In this document: positions 29,626-38,958 of the stretch, in pieces | How the letters are laid out: the number at the start of each line of letters is the position of its first letter | How positions within the stretch are numbered: the stretch's first letter is position 1 | Source: Alphaproteobacteria bacterium | GTDB lineage: Bacteria > Pseudomonadota > Alphaproteobacteria > GCA-2731375 | Assembly: GCA_965232515.1 (NCBI GenBank) | Contig: CBDDPY010000002.1 | Location: forward strand, 64,001-128,000 | Reading direction: 5' to 3' | Length of the DNA: 64,000 nucleotides | The notes under the pieces: generated by a model | What the model was told of the DNA's origin: nothing | The model's database searches: none | What the model saw: only the letters and a program-made list of their open reading frames with translations | Translations under genes and position numbers: made by a program

Positions 29626-30561
29626 CTATCCCATTTCCGCACGGTGGTCGGCCAGCAGCGTCATCTGCCGCTCGTGATCGCCGACGAGACGCAGCACGAT
29701 GTGCCGCGCGCCTGCCGCGACATAGCGCCGGATGAACGCCAGCACGTTGTCGAGCGGCCCGCCCATGCAGGACTGGCGCTTCCGCAACACCCGCGCCGGC
29801 GCGCCGTAATAGTCCTCGAGATAGGCGTCGATCGCCGCCTCTGCCGCCCGCGCGTCGTCCATTACCGCGACGGTCAGGTAAACCGCCGTGGTCAGCGAAT
29901 CCGCGTCCCGGCCGGCGTCCGTCGCCGTCGCCTGCAAGAACTTCTGCTGCGCGGCGAAGGTCTCCGGGTCCGGCCCGGTCGGAAACCAGCCGTCAAAGTG
30001 CTTCGCCGCCCGCGCGACCCCGGCCTCGACGCCCGCACCCAGCCAGACCGGCGGTCCGCCCGGCGAATAGGGCAGGGGCGCCAGCACGCCCTGTTCCACC
30101 TGCCAACGCCCATCCCAGTCGACCGGCTCGCCGGCCCACAACGCCCGGCACAGCCGAAACCCTTCCATCAACCGCCCGACGCGCCCCTCGAACGGCACGC
30201 CGGCCGCCGCGAACTCGGCCCGAATGCCGGGCGTATCCGCCGCAATCCCGGCGCCCACGATCAACCGCCCCTCGCTCACCTGATCCAACGTCGCCAACTG
30301 CTGCGCCAACACCACCGGATTCCGCAACGCCGGCAACAACACCGCCGTCCCGACCTGAACGTCGGGCACGGCGCCCGCCACCGCCGCCAGCAACGTCAAC
30401 GGATCATGCCGTGGCCGCGCCAACAGCGAATCCCCCGCCCAAACTGAATCAAACCCCAGCCCCGCCGCCCGCTCGGCGGCGTCCAACAACACCCGCCCCG
30501 ACGGCTGCCCGCGCATCACGTTCTCTCGCGTTGGCAACAGATATCCGAGCTTCAATGCCAT
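29626..30561 (-). CDS. LLM-class flavin-dependent oxidoreductase
   Basis: GFDSVWAGDS...RPRHDP, LRNPVVLAQQLATLDQVSEGR, GGPPVW, DGWFP; RBS GGGAGG. Confidence 0.9.
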   Translation of the reverse strand: MALKLGYLLPTRENVMRGQPSGRVLLDAAERAAGLGFDSVWAGDSLLARPRHDPLTLLAAVAGAVPDVQVGTAVLLPALRNPVVLAQQLATLDQVSEGRLIVGAGIAADTPGIRAEFAAAGVPFEGRVGRLMEGFRLCRALWAGEPVDWDGRWQVEQGVLAPLPYSPGGPPVWLGAGVEAGVARAAKHFDGWFPTGPDPETFAAQQKFLQATATDAGRDADSLTTAVYLTVAVMDDARAAEAAIDAYLEDYYGAPARVLRKRQSCMGGPLDNVLAFIRRYVAAGARHIVLRLVGDHERQMTLLADHRAEMG

Positions 30562-30731
30562 CACCGATCCTCCCGCGTCCAGGATCTCACGTTAGGCCAG
30601 TCGCCGACCCCGGCCAAGCGCACCCGTACCGTTGGCTGGGCTTGCCGCGACGCCTCGTAAGGCCGGCAGGCGCCACGACATTGCCGTAGAAAAGGAAGCA
30701 CGTTAACTTTCTCGAAAGTTGAGGAGGGGTC

Positions 30732-31010
30732 ATGCGCAAAGCGATCCTGATTGTCGTTCTCTCACTTCAGACGTCGCATGCGCTGGCGCAGTTCCGTTAC
30801 TGCGACCGACCGAGTAAGCCACACATTCCGAGCGGCTACTACGCCGAGCAGTATCAAATGGAGAGCGCGATTGACGCGGTGAAGTCGTATGCCAGGCGGG
30901 TCGACGATTATGTCGATTGCCTCGCAACCGAAGCCAGCGACATACGCGCGGAGGAAAGGCGCGTCATCGATGACCTGAACCGGGAGATTGGTTCCTACAA
31001 CAGCCGATGA
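30732..31010 (+). CDS. Small secreted hypothetical protein (92 aa, two Cys)
   Basis: RBS GAGGAGG; signal peptide ending ALA-Q; helical mature part; lower GC than the flanks. Confidence 0.7.
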   Translation: MRKAILIVVLSLQTSHALAQFRYCDRPSKPHIPSGYYAEQYQMESAIDAVKSYARRVDDYVDCLATEASDIRAEERRVIDDLNREIGSYNSR

Positions 31011-31247
31011 TGTGTCGCGCCGTAGCCGGGTCTTTTGCGTTTCTTCAATGCACGTCGCGATCCGGGGGCGGATACCGGCGAACGCAGCCCCAAAAACCAA
31101 TGTCTGGTGTCCGCATAACATCCCGGTGCCATCGTCTCTCGAACCGCCAAGCGCGAACGCCGTCAACGCGAGTTCCGGTGACAGTAACCCTTATTGCTGA
31201 CTGGTTTCGTTCGTCGGACATCCGGCGAGTGCGGCACCTCTCGCCGC

Positions 31248-32285
31248 TCACGTCGCCGTCGGCGGCGGGTCGAGGGTGAGGAGTTCGATGGGGTGGGAGA
31301 TGCCGCGGACGGTTTCGCTGCCGACCGGGCGGAAGCGGTAGCCTGAGGTCGCGAGCCGGTCGGCCACCTCGCGCGAGACGATCACCGGCAGGCCGTGCTC
31401 CTTCGCCTTCTGCTCCAGCCGCGCGGCGATGTTGATGGCGTCGCCGTTATATTCGATTGAGCGCCGGAGGTCGCCCTGTTCGCTGACCACGACCTCGCCC
31501 CCATGCACGCCGCAGCGGAACTCGGGCGTCTCGCCGAACTGCTTGCGGTAGGCGGGCGCCCGGGCCTCGATCTTGCGCAGCGCGTCGATGATCGCGGCGA
31601 TGACATTGCCATCGGCGATCGCCGCCTCCCACGGCCAGGAGGCGATCAATCCGTCGCCCATGTACTTGAAGATATCGCCGCGGCGGTCGGTGATCGGCTT
31701 CGAGATGTCGAACAGGAACCGGCTGATGAAGGCGCGCGCCGCCAGCGGCCCGAGCCGTTCTGTGATCCGCGTCGAGCCCTTGAGGTCGATGAACACAAAG
31801 ACGCGCTGTTCGATGATCGGGCGCTGGTACTTGCCGATCAGCAGATCGAGCAGCTTGCGCGCGCCGAGGAAGCTGATCACCCGGATCACCAGCACCGCGG
31901 CGACCGCGATCAGAAACACGGTCGGCAGCGTGATCGGGATCCGGCCCAGGATCAGGTCACGGTCGGACGCCGGCGCGACGAAGGTCACGACGATCGCGAT
32001 GCCCATGCCGTAGATCGCCACGACGACAAACCCGTAGATCAACAGATGCGTGACCGGCCGGAGCGCGCGGAAGCCGTCGCCGGCCGCGCTCTGCACGAAG
32101 AACACCTCGAACACGCCGACCGCCAGCCCGACATAGCCCGCCAGCACGACCGCGTTCAACAGCGGCACGCCGATGGCGATGGCCGCGACGATGCCGATCA
32201 CGACGAAAGCCAACGTGCCGATGATCACGGCGCTGACCTTCCGCGCCACCGTATTCGAGATCACCGCCACGCCAGCCCCTCCCAT
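31248..32285 (-). CDS. Membrane-anchored class III adenylate/guanylate cyclase (start uncertain)
   Basis: Four TM; FIDLKGST, KYMGDG, GVHGG.V, GDAINIAARLE. Confidence 0.88.
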   Translation of the reverse strand: MGGAGVAVISNTVARKVSAVIIGTLAFVVIGIVAAIAIGVPLLNAVVLAGYVGLAVGVFEVFFVQSAAGDGFRALRPVTHLLIYGFVVVAIYGMGIAIVVTFVAPASDRDLILGRIPITLPTVFLIAVAAVLVIRVISFLGARKLLDLLIGKYQRPIIEQRVFVFIDLKGSTRITERLGPLAARAFISRFLFDISKPITDRRGDIFKYMGDGLIASWPWEAAIADGNVIAAIIDALRKIEARAPAYRKQFGETPEFRCGVHGGEVVVSEQGDLRRSIEYNGDAINIAARLEQKAKEHGLPVIVSREVADRLATSGYRFRPVGSETVRGISHPIELLTLDPPPTAT

Positions 32286-32393
32286 CCCGCGCCATCGACA
32301 TAGGCAACCGACAATATCGCACACGGCGGTCCCGCGACATGGCAACGTCCCGGCGCGCGGGGGCGATCGCGGAAGCGCGACGGCTGGCGCGGC

Positions 32394-33725
32394 TTATTGC
32401 TTCGGCAGGTAGCTGCGGAGCGGGGCCGGGGCGATCTGGAACTGCACGGTGAGCCAGAGCTTGTCGATGTCGCTGGCGAAGTCGTCGGCGTCGTAGCTGG
32501 CGTACTGGATGCCGAGCCGCAGCTTGCCGGCCGGCGTGCCGACCGTCTTGAACAGGCCCAGGTTCCACTCCGATCCATAGTCCGTGCCGCGGTTCTCGGC
32601 CTGGAAATCGTGCACGGCGCCGGCGATGACGACGTCCGACAGCAGCCCGTCCCCCGGCAGCTTCAGGCTGAATTTCAGGTACAGGTCTTCCAGGCCGTCC
32701 GGTGGCGTCACCAGGAATTGGTCGGTCAGGCCGTTGAACTTGTGCAGCGTCGCCAGCGGTGTCTGGAAGGCATTCGCGCCGTCGCCCTCCAGCATCTCAT
32801 AGCCGGCGCTGATCGTGGCCCAGCGATAGCGCAGACCCGGCTCGATCGCGTAGTACCAGAGATCGAAGCTTGCCGGATTGCTGCGATGGTCTTCCTGGTA
32901 GACGGCGGAGCCGGCATAGCGCAGCGTCCAGTCCTCAACCAGCGGATAGGCGCCGGCCAGCCGCGCGCCGTAGGACGCGCTCGAATTGCCCGCCTGGGAC
33001 CGACGTTCGAAATCGAGCAGCAACGCGAACGGCGTGATGGTGAGATATTCCAGACCGCTGTAGCGGGCCCGCGCGGCATGCGTCTGCATCTCCTGTCTGC
33101 CGACCGCCGAATCCCGGCCGAAGATCCGGTGCGCCTCCTCCAGATAGGCATAGTCGAACGCGACGTCGGGGATCAGGTCGGTGCCGGCGCGCAGCGCATC
33201 GAAGGTCTGCTCGTTCTGGCGGAAGCCGACGTTGCCGATGAAGCGGGCATCGTCCCAGATAATGCGCTGCCGTCCCAGCTTGAACCGGCTCTTCGGGATC
33301 GTGCCGTCGGAGACGAGGAAAAGCTGATTGATCGCTTCGTCGTCGGGATCGGCAACGACCGGGAAACGGGTCCGGCCATTAATGGTGTCGTTGAATTCTT
33401 CGTCGCCGACGGCCTCGATCCATTCGACATCGAGGCCGAGGCCAAAGCCGTAGAACCGGCCGGTCTCGAAGCCGATGCGGCTGCGAACCGTATTCGCGTT
33501 CGCGTCTTCCGGCCGGCCGTCCTGATCGACATGCTCATAGCGATAGCGCAGATCAAGCACCGGCCGCGCGTCGCGATAGAGGTCGCGCCAATCGTTTCCA
33601 GCGCTCGCCGGATCGACCCCCTGCGCCGCCCCGGCAAGCAGCAGGCCGGCCATCCCCAACGCCGCCGTCCGCCTGCGCATCACGATGTCCCGCGTCGGGA
33701 ACCGGTCGCCGAGCTTCGCTGTCAT
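32394..33725 (-). CDS. Outer-membrane beta-barrel of the alginate-export family
   Basis: RBS GGAGG; RYRYE.VDQ, VVADP, GRQRI..D..RFIGNVGFRQNEQTFDA, FQTPLATLHKFNG.D.F. Confidence 0.78.
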   Translation of the reverse strand: MTAKLGDRFPTRDIVMRRRTAALGMAGLLLAGAAQGVDPASAGNDWRDLYRDARPVLDLRYRYEHVDQDGRPEDANANTVRSRIGFETGRFYGFGLGLDVEWIEAVGDEEFNDTINGRTRFPVVADPDDEAINQLFLVSDGTIPKSRFKLGRQRIIWDDARFIGNVGFRQNEQTFDALRAGTDLIPDVAFDYAYLEEAHRIFGRDSAVGRQEMQTHAARARYSGLEYLTITPFALLLDFERRSQAGNSSASYGARLAGAYPLVEDWTLRYAGSAVYQEDHRSNPASFDLWYYAIEPGLRYRWATISAGYEMLEGDGANAFQTPLATLHKFNGLTDQFLVTPPDGLEDLYLKFSLKLPGDGLLSDVVIAGAVHDFQAENRGTDYGSEWNLGLFKTVGTPAGKLRLGIQYASYDADDFASDIDKLWLTVQFQIAPAPLRSYLPKQ

Positions 33726-33844
33726 GCACCTCCATTAACACACGCGAGGGACGACCCGACTTGCCTTTGGTTAGGTCGGTCGCCCGACACGCGCAAAAAT
33801 CATGGTGTCGACCGCCCGCAAGCCTGAAGGATTTCGACAACCTG

Positions 33845-33990
33845 CCGTCCCTCGCTCACCTGATCGATCATCGCGAGCTGCTACGCCAGCACCACCTGAT
33901 TCCGCAACGCCGGCGAAAGAACGGCGGTCCCAACCTGCACATCCGGCACCGCTCCCGCCTCGGCTGCCAGCAACATCAACGGATCGTGCG
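33845..33990 (-). pseudogene. Degenerate internal fragment of an LLM oxidoreductase gene, homologous to 30265-30410
   Basis: Ungapped hand alignment: 27 mismatches in 146 nt; translates HDPLMLLAAEAGAVPDVQVGTAVLSPALRNQVVLA*QLAMIDQVSEGR. Confidence 0.85.
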
Positions 33991-33997
33991 GCGTCCG

Positions 33998-34252
33998 TCA
34001 GGGCCACCAGCGCGACACCTCCGCGAGATCTTCGGCGAATGTGAGGCGCGCGCGATCGTCGAAATCCAGCCGGTCGTCTGTCAGCAGGCCGGCCAGCAAT
34101 CTGACGGCGTCCTGGCGCTCATCCCCTGGCAACAGATCCAGTATCCCTTGCATGACGGATGATCGTTGTGCCGAAGGCAACTGCGGCGCCAATTCTGCCA
34201 GCGATGAAACGCGCACGGTCGCGATCGCAATGTCGCGCGCCGCTGAGAGCGC
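33998..34252 (-). pseudogene. In-frame C-terminal tail of the STAND-repeat gene beyond a premature TAA
   Basis: Same frame as 34253..37882; continues the repeat (ALSAARDI...LAELAPQLP) and ends ...AEVSRWWP*. Confidence 0.8.
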
Positions 34253-37200
34253 TTACGCCAGCACGGTGCTGCGCCGGGCTGGTTCAAGAGATGGCGCCAA
34301 GGCGGTCAGCGCTTTTGCGCGTTCCCACGCACCGCCGATCCCGCGCGCAATCGACAGGGCCCGACGCAGGTGTTCGGCCGTCAGCAAAGGCGCCAGCGCG
34401 GCCAGCATCCAGCATTGTGCGCTGTCTTCCTCCATCGCCCACGTCGCGTCTAACGCTTCATGCAACAATTCATCGCGCTCGTTCGCTGGCAGCATCGCCG
34501 ACAACGTCGTCAAGGCATCCGCCCGTTCTTCGTCATCGACAATTGCCTGGGCCGCTTTCACGACCTCGGTCAACTGTGCGCGCGGCAACTTCGGCGCCAA
34601 CGCGACCAGAGTCTCTGCCCGGGCCAACGCAGATTCGATGCCGCGCGCCGTCTCCAGCGCTTCCCGCAAAACGGCGTCTTTCTCGTCTGCCGGCAGACGG
34701 TCTGCCAGACGCACGAGCGTTTTGGCTCTTGCACTGGCTCTGCCGATCCTTCGTGCAAGGCGCAACGCCTGCTGCAACAGGTCCGGCGGCAAGTGCGGCG
34801 CCAGATCGGTCAACCAAAGAGGGACCAGTTCCTGGCGCTGCAGATCTGCCACGACCTGGATTGTTTTTTTAAGGACCGCGCGCCGTTCTCCAGTTGGCAT
34901 GTGGACTGCCAGCGCGGCCAACGCGTCGGTCCTTGCCTCCTCGTCTCCAACATCCCGCGCCATCGCCAAGGCACGCGGCAACAGCTCGGACGATACATGT
35001 GGCGCCAACTCCACCAACGCCTCTGTACGGAGATCCTCGTCTGGAAAGCGCTCGACCGCCGTCAACGCCCGCGTAAGCAGGGCATTGTAGTCCTGCGTCG
35101 ACAAGTAAGGGAATAGCTTGGCCAGAGCCGTTCGGAGCACAAACGTCCTGCCGTCGCGGTGGGCAGAATCCATGGCCAGACGCAGCACGCCATCGCGTTG
35201 GCCGGCGCTCAGATGCCTGACCAATTTGGCCAGCGCCTTGATGGCCGTATAGGAGTCGTCGATACTGCGGGCCGCCGCCAGGACCTCGGGCACAAGCATC
35301 GGCGGAAGGTGTGGCGCCAGGTCGGACAGGGCCCAGGATCTGTCGTATTCCAGGTCGGTCTCGCCCGCGGCCACCAGGGCCTCCCTTAACAGCGCAACCC
35401 GTTCGTCGTCCGGCAACCGCCAGGCCAACGCACCCAATGCGATGGATCTGGCGTCGACCTCATATATGCCGCGTGCCGCCTTGATGCCCTGCATCAACAG
35501 GTCGTCCGGCAGGTGCGGCGCGAGCGCCGCCAGCGCCTGAGCCTTCGAGAAGTCTGGAAGCTTGTCGCGCGCTGCGTGGAATGACTCCCGGACCAGCGCC
35601 TCCCGTTGATCGTCCGGTGCGAACGGTGCCAGCAGTGCCGGTGCTTCGGTATCGATGCGGGCGTACCCGATCTCGCGGAGAACCTCAAAAGCCTCCAATA
35701 CGAATTCCGGCGTCCAGTCCGGCGCCGGCCGTCCGAGAGCCAATGCTCTTAGTCGAACATCCTTCACATCGCGTGCCGCTTGCAGGGCCTCGCGCAAAGC
35801 CGAAGCGTGTTTAGGCGCTGGCGCCTGCGCGGCCAGTTTGGCCAAGGCCCGGGCACGGTAAAAGTCATTCTCGATGTTGAGCGCCGTCGACCACGCCTGT
35901 TCGAACCGGTCGGCGGTCAGTTTGGACGCCAGTGCCGCCAGCGCCTCAAGCGCGGAATGCCCCTTCTTGATGTTCGCCGTGGCCTCAATAGCTTGCCGCA
36001 GCGCCGAGTCGCGTTGTTCGGCGGGCAGGTGCGGTGCCAGTGCCGCCAAGGTTACTGCGCGGTCTTTCGGATCGGCGATGTCAAGGGCGAGGTTGAAGGC
36101 TTGCTGCACCATGGGACCGCGCCGCTCAATGGGCAATTTCGTCGCCAACTCGGCCAGCACCTGCGACCAGCCCTCATCGTCACCATCGTCCCGGGTCGCG
36201 TTGAGAAGCCGGTCCGCGTCTTCCGTGTCGGCAACAGCGGCGAGTTCGACTAATGCGTACAATCGGCTCCGGTCGGTTTCCATGAGGGAGATCAGGTCGA
36301 GCGCACCGCCGATCGTTAACTGCGATGTCTCGACGGCGCGGCGAATGACCGCCGGACGAATTTCGGTGCCCAGGCTGCCGATCGACGACGAGATCAGGGC
36401 GCACCGCATTTGCGCCGATACGTGGTTCGGCAGGCCGGTCGCCGCCCAGCCATCCGGCCGGCCGGCGATGTACCGGCGGATTCGTTCGACGTCGAAGGCG
36501 AAATCCCGTTCGCCATGGTCCTGTGCCAGCCGCGCCCGCCGCCAGCCGTCGCCGGTCAGGCGCATGAGGTCGGCGACGGACGCCTCCGCCTCGATCAGAT
36601 GGTCGAGATAGTGGTCCAGTAGATAGGCATGGTCGACCGTGACGTCCCCCTTGCTGATGCTTTCAAGGGCTTCGTCGCCCCATCGCAGATAGGCCTGTCG
36701 GGCGTTCGCGACGATGTCGTCATCCAGATACCGCAGGCGATCAGGGGACAGCCGCCGGCAACCGCCGAAGAAATCCGCCAGGCGCGGATGGGTGAAGGCG
36801 ATACCATCCTTGGCGAGGAACGGGCGTAACGGCGTCAGCAGATCGTCAATGGACGTGGAGCCGGTCTCGTCGGATGCCGTGAGCAAGGACGAGAGAGCGC
36901 GATGGGTCAGGGGTGCCTTGGCCTGCCCAATCAGCGCGGCGGTCGTCAGAAACGCGCGATCGTTGGCCCAATCGCGGCTACGCGGTCGGCGCCGGTCCGC
37001 AAACCATCGGTCGAAGAAACCGCTGAGGCCGGGCGGCATAGCGGCAAGATCGCCGGGTTGCGTGACATCCCTTTCGTCGTCCCCGCCGGCGTAGAGGTTG
37101 ATCAGAAACGGTTCGCCACCGGTCAGCCGCGCAACGTCATCGACGATATCCGGCGTCGCCGCGATGGCGGTTGCATCTAGAGGCGGCAAATCATGGGATT

Positions 37201-37882
37201 GGCCGTCTTCCGGCCAATCCAGACGTTGCCGCCAGGCATCCGGCGTCGGCGCATCGTGCGTCAGGTTTGCCGCTACGAGAAACCGCAGTCCCGGCGGCGG
37301 CGCGTCGGGGAAGAGGTCGCGGATGATACGGCCGCGGTCGATCTCGTCCAAGCCGTCGACAACGACCACAATGCGATCATGCGCCGCCGGATTGAAGGTC
37401 AGCAGCAGTCGCCGGATTTCGTTGCGGTAGTGAGCGACGGCTTCGCCCGGCGGGGCCAGCCGCAGGTCGGCGTCGCCGAGCGCGTCGGCAATGCGTGCGG
37501 CGAGCCCATGACAGAACGCGGCCGGGTGTGTGGTCCGTCGGCTCCCACCGGCCGCCACGAACACAACCGACCAGTCGGAAGGCAACTGTACGATCCAATG
37601 CGCGAGGAGCGCGCTCTTGCCCCGCCCGGCCGGCGCGGCGATCAGCAACCGGTCCGATGCCGTCTCGTCCGTCAGCCAGGCATTCAAAGCCGCGATATCG
37701 GCCTCTCGGCCGGCGAACGGCGTCGGCCGACGTGCGTCGCCGAGGTGTTCCTGCAGAAACGCATCGATCGCGCCGGCGAAGCCGGGCGCATCGTAGCGAA
37801 CCCGCCGCCTGATGCGTTCGACAGCGGCCACCGTACCATCGCCACCTTGCATGCCGAGTATTCTCTTTATACGAGTAAACAC
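34253..37882 (-). CDS. STAND/NACHT-like P-loop ATPase with a long array of helical (HEAT/TPR-like) repeats
   Basis: PFAGRE, Walker A APAGRGKS, Walker B VVVVDGLDE, GEP; recurring LxxLAPHLP...EAL.AAR.I units of ~35 aa. Confidence 0.82.
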   Translation of the reverse strand: MFTRIKRILGMQGGDGTVAAVERIRRRVRYDAPGFAGAIDAFLQEHLGDARRPTPFAGREADIAALNAWLTDETASDRLLIAAPAGRGKSALLAHWIVQLPSDWSVVFVAAGGSRRTTHPAAFCHGLAARIADALGDADLRLAPPGEAVAHYRNEIRRLLLTFNPAAHDRIVVVVDGLDEIDRGRIIRDLFPDAPPPGLRFLVAANLTHDAPTPDAWRQRLDWPEDGQSHDLPPLDATAIAATPDIVDDVARLTGGEPFLINLYAGGDDERDVTQPGDLAAMPPGLSGFFDRWFADRRRPRSRDWANDRAFLTTAALIGQAKAPLTHRALSSLLTASDETGSTSIDDLLTPLRPFLAKDGIAFTHPRLADFFGGCRRLSPDRLRYLDDDIVANARQAYLRWGDEALESISKGDVTVDHAYLLDHYLDHLIEAEASVADLMRLTGDGWRRARLAQDHGERDFAFDVERIRRYIAGRPDGWAATGLPNHVSAQMRCALISSSIGSLGTEIRPAVIRRAVETSQLTIGGALDLISLMETDRSRLYALVELAAVADTEDADRLLNATRDDGDDEGWSQVLAELATKLPIERRGPMVQQAFNLALDIADPKDRAVTLAALAPHLPAEQRDSALRQAIEATANIKKGHSALEALAALASKLTADRFEQAWSTALNIENDFYRARALAKLAAQAPAPKHASALREALQAARDVKDVRLRALALGRPAPDWTPEFVLEAFEVLREIGYARIDTEAPALLAPFAPDDQREALVRESFHAARDKLPDFSKAQALAALAPHLPDDLLMQGIKAARGIYEVDARSIALGALAWRLPDDERVALLREALVAAGETDLEYDRSWALSDLAPHLPPMLVPEVLAAARSIDDSYTAIKALAKLVRHLSAGQRDGVLRLAMDSAHRDGRTFVLRTALAKLFPYLSTQDYNALLTRALTAVERFPDEDLRTEALVELAPHVSSELLPRALAMARDVGDEEARTDALAALAVHMPTGERRAVLKKTIQVVADLQRQELVPLWLTDLAPHLPPDLLQQALRLARRIGRASARAKTLVRLADRLPADEKDAVLREALETARGIESALARAETLVALAPKLPRAQLTEVVKAAQAIVDDEERADALTTLSAMLPANERDELLHEALDATWAMEEDSAQCWMLAALAPLLTAEHLRRALSIARGIGGAWERAKALTALAPSLEPARRSTVLA

Positions 37883-38057
37883 GGGTTGTTATTCTAATAT
37901 AAAGGATGCCGTTTGGAAAGCCGGTCACGGCATCGTTTCGACACTTATCGAAATGAAATAAGCCGTTGAACCCGTTGAATTCTTTTTCCTTGACGCTCCT
38001 GTGCATGGGGTTGTTCCGAGGTTTCCCCCGCGCGACCCCCCCCCTCCCAGACCCGAA

Positions 38058-38846
38058 CTAGCCGAAGCGGGGCGGGCGGGCGGCCCTGAGGGCGGCGACG
38101 GCTTCCTTGAAGTCGGGGCCCGCGATCAGCATGGTCTGGGCTTCCAGGTTGAACTCCCACTCGGCCGCCAGGCTCGACTCCATGGCGCGGCGCAGGCCTG
38201 ATTTGGCGACGGCGTAGGCGCGGGCGGGGCCGGCGGCGAGCTTGGCCGCAAGCGTGGTGACCTCCATCATGAGGGTGTCGGCCGGGACGCATCGGTTGAC
38301 GAGGCCGATGGCGGCGGCTTCGGGGGCGTCGACGGTGGTGCCGAGCATGACCATCTCGGTGGCCTTGGCGAGGCCGACCAGTTGCGGCAGCAGGAACATG
38401 CCGCCCAGCGGCGGGACCAGGCCGAAGTCGATCCAGCCCTCGCGAAACTGCGCGGTCTCGTCGGCGATCCGGAAGTCGCAGGCGACGGCCATCTCGCAGC
38501 CGGCGACGAACGCCGGTCCGCGCACTTCGGCGATGGTCGGCTTGGGGCAGAGCTTGATGGCGCGCACCGCGCCCTGGAAGTTGGCGTAGACCGTGCGCTT
38601 GATCTCGGCGGCGTCCATGGCGGCGATCTGGTCGAGGAAGGTGGGGTCGGCGCCGGCGCAGAAGGTGTCGCCCGCGCCCGCCAGCACCACGACCCGGACG
38701 CCGTCGTCGTCGGCCATGGCGGCAACGGCATCGCGGATCTCGCCCATCATGGCGACGTTGTATCGGTTCTTCAGCTCCGGCCGGTTGAAGGTGACGCGGC
38801 CGATCCCGTCGGCCCGCTCGGTGGTAATGTATTGGAAGTCAGCCAT
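38058..38846 (-). CDS. Enoyl-CoA hydratase/isomerase
   Basis: NRPE..N, FCAGAD, KPTIA.V.G, G.E...ACDFRIA, GLVP. Confidence 0.9.
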   Translation of the reverse strand: MADFQYITTERADGIGRVTFNRPELKNRYNVAMMGEIRDAVAAMADDDGVRVVVLAGAGDTFCAGADPTFLDQIAAMDAAEIKRTVYANFQGAVRAIKLCPKPTIAEVRGPAFVAGCEMAVACDFRIADETAQFREGWIDFGLVPPLGGMFLLPQLVGLAKATEMVMLGTTVDAPEAAAIGLVNRCVPADTLMMEVTTLAAKLAAGPARAYAVAKSGLRRAMESSLAAEWEFNLEAQTMLIAGPDFKEAVAALRAARPPRFG

Positions 38847-38958
38847 GTCCTGCGCGCATCCTCCTATGTGACGGGGATGTGAGCATAGCCGTTGCATCGC
38901 CGCGCGCGGGCGTCAGAATTGGCGGCGTCGGAATGCAACGCTGTTTGGGAGGAATGAG

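Noticed and set aside
31011-31247. Possible decayed gene fragment after the small secreted protein
   Set aside because: Composition is odd but no frame gives a recognisable motif; needs a translated search
31248-32285. Pycsar/CBASS-type defence cyclase
   Set aside because: Ordinary 4-TM class III cyclase retaining the Lys; no adjacent cyclic-nucleotide-binding effector gene
30562-38057. Classical integrative element or prophage
   Set aside because: No integrase, transposase, tRNA or exact att repeats found
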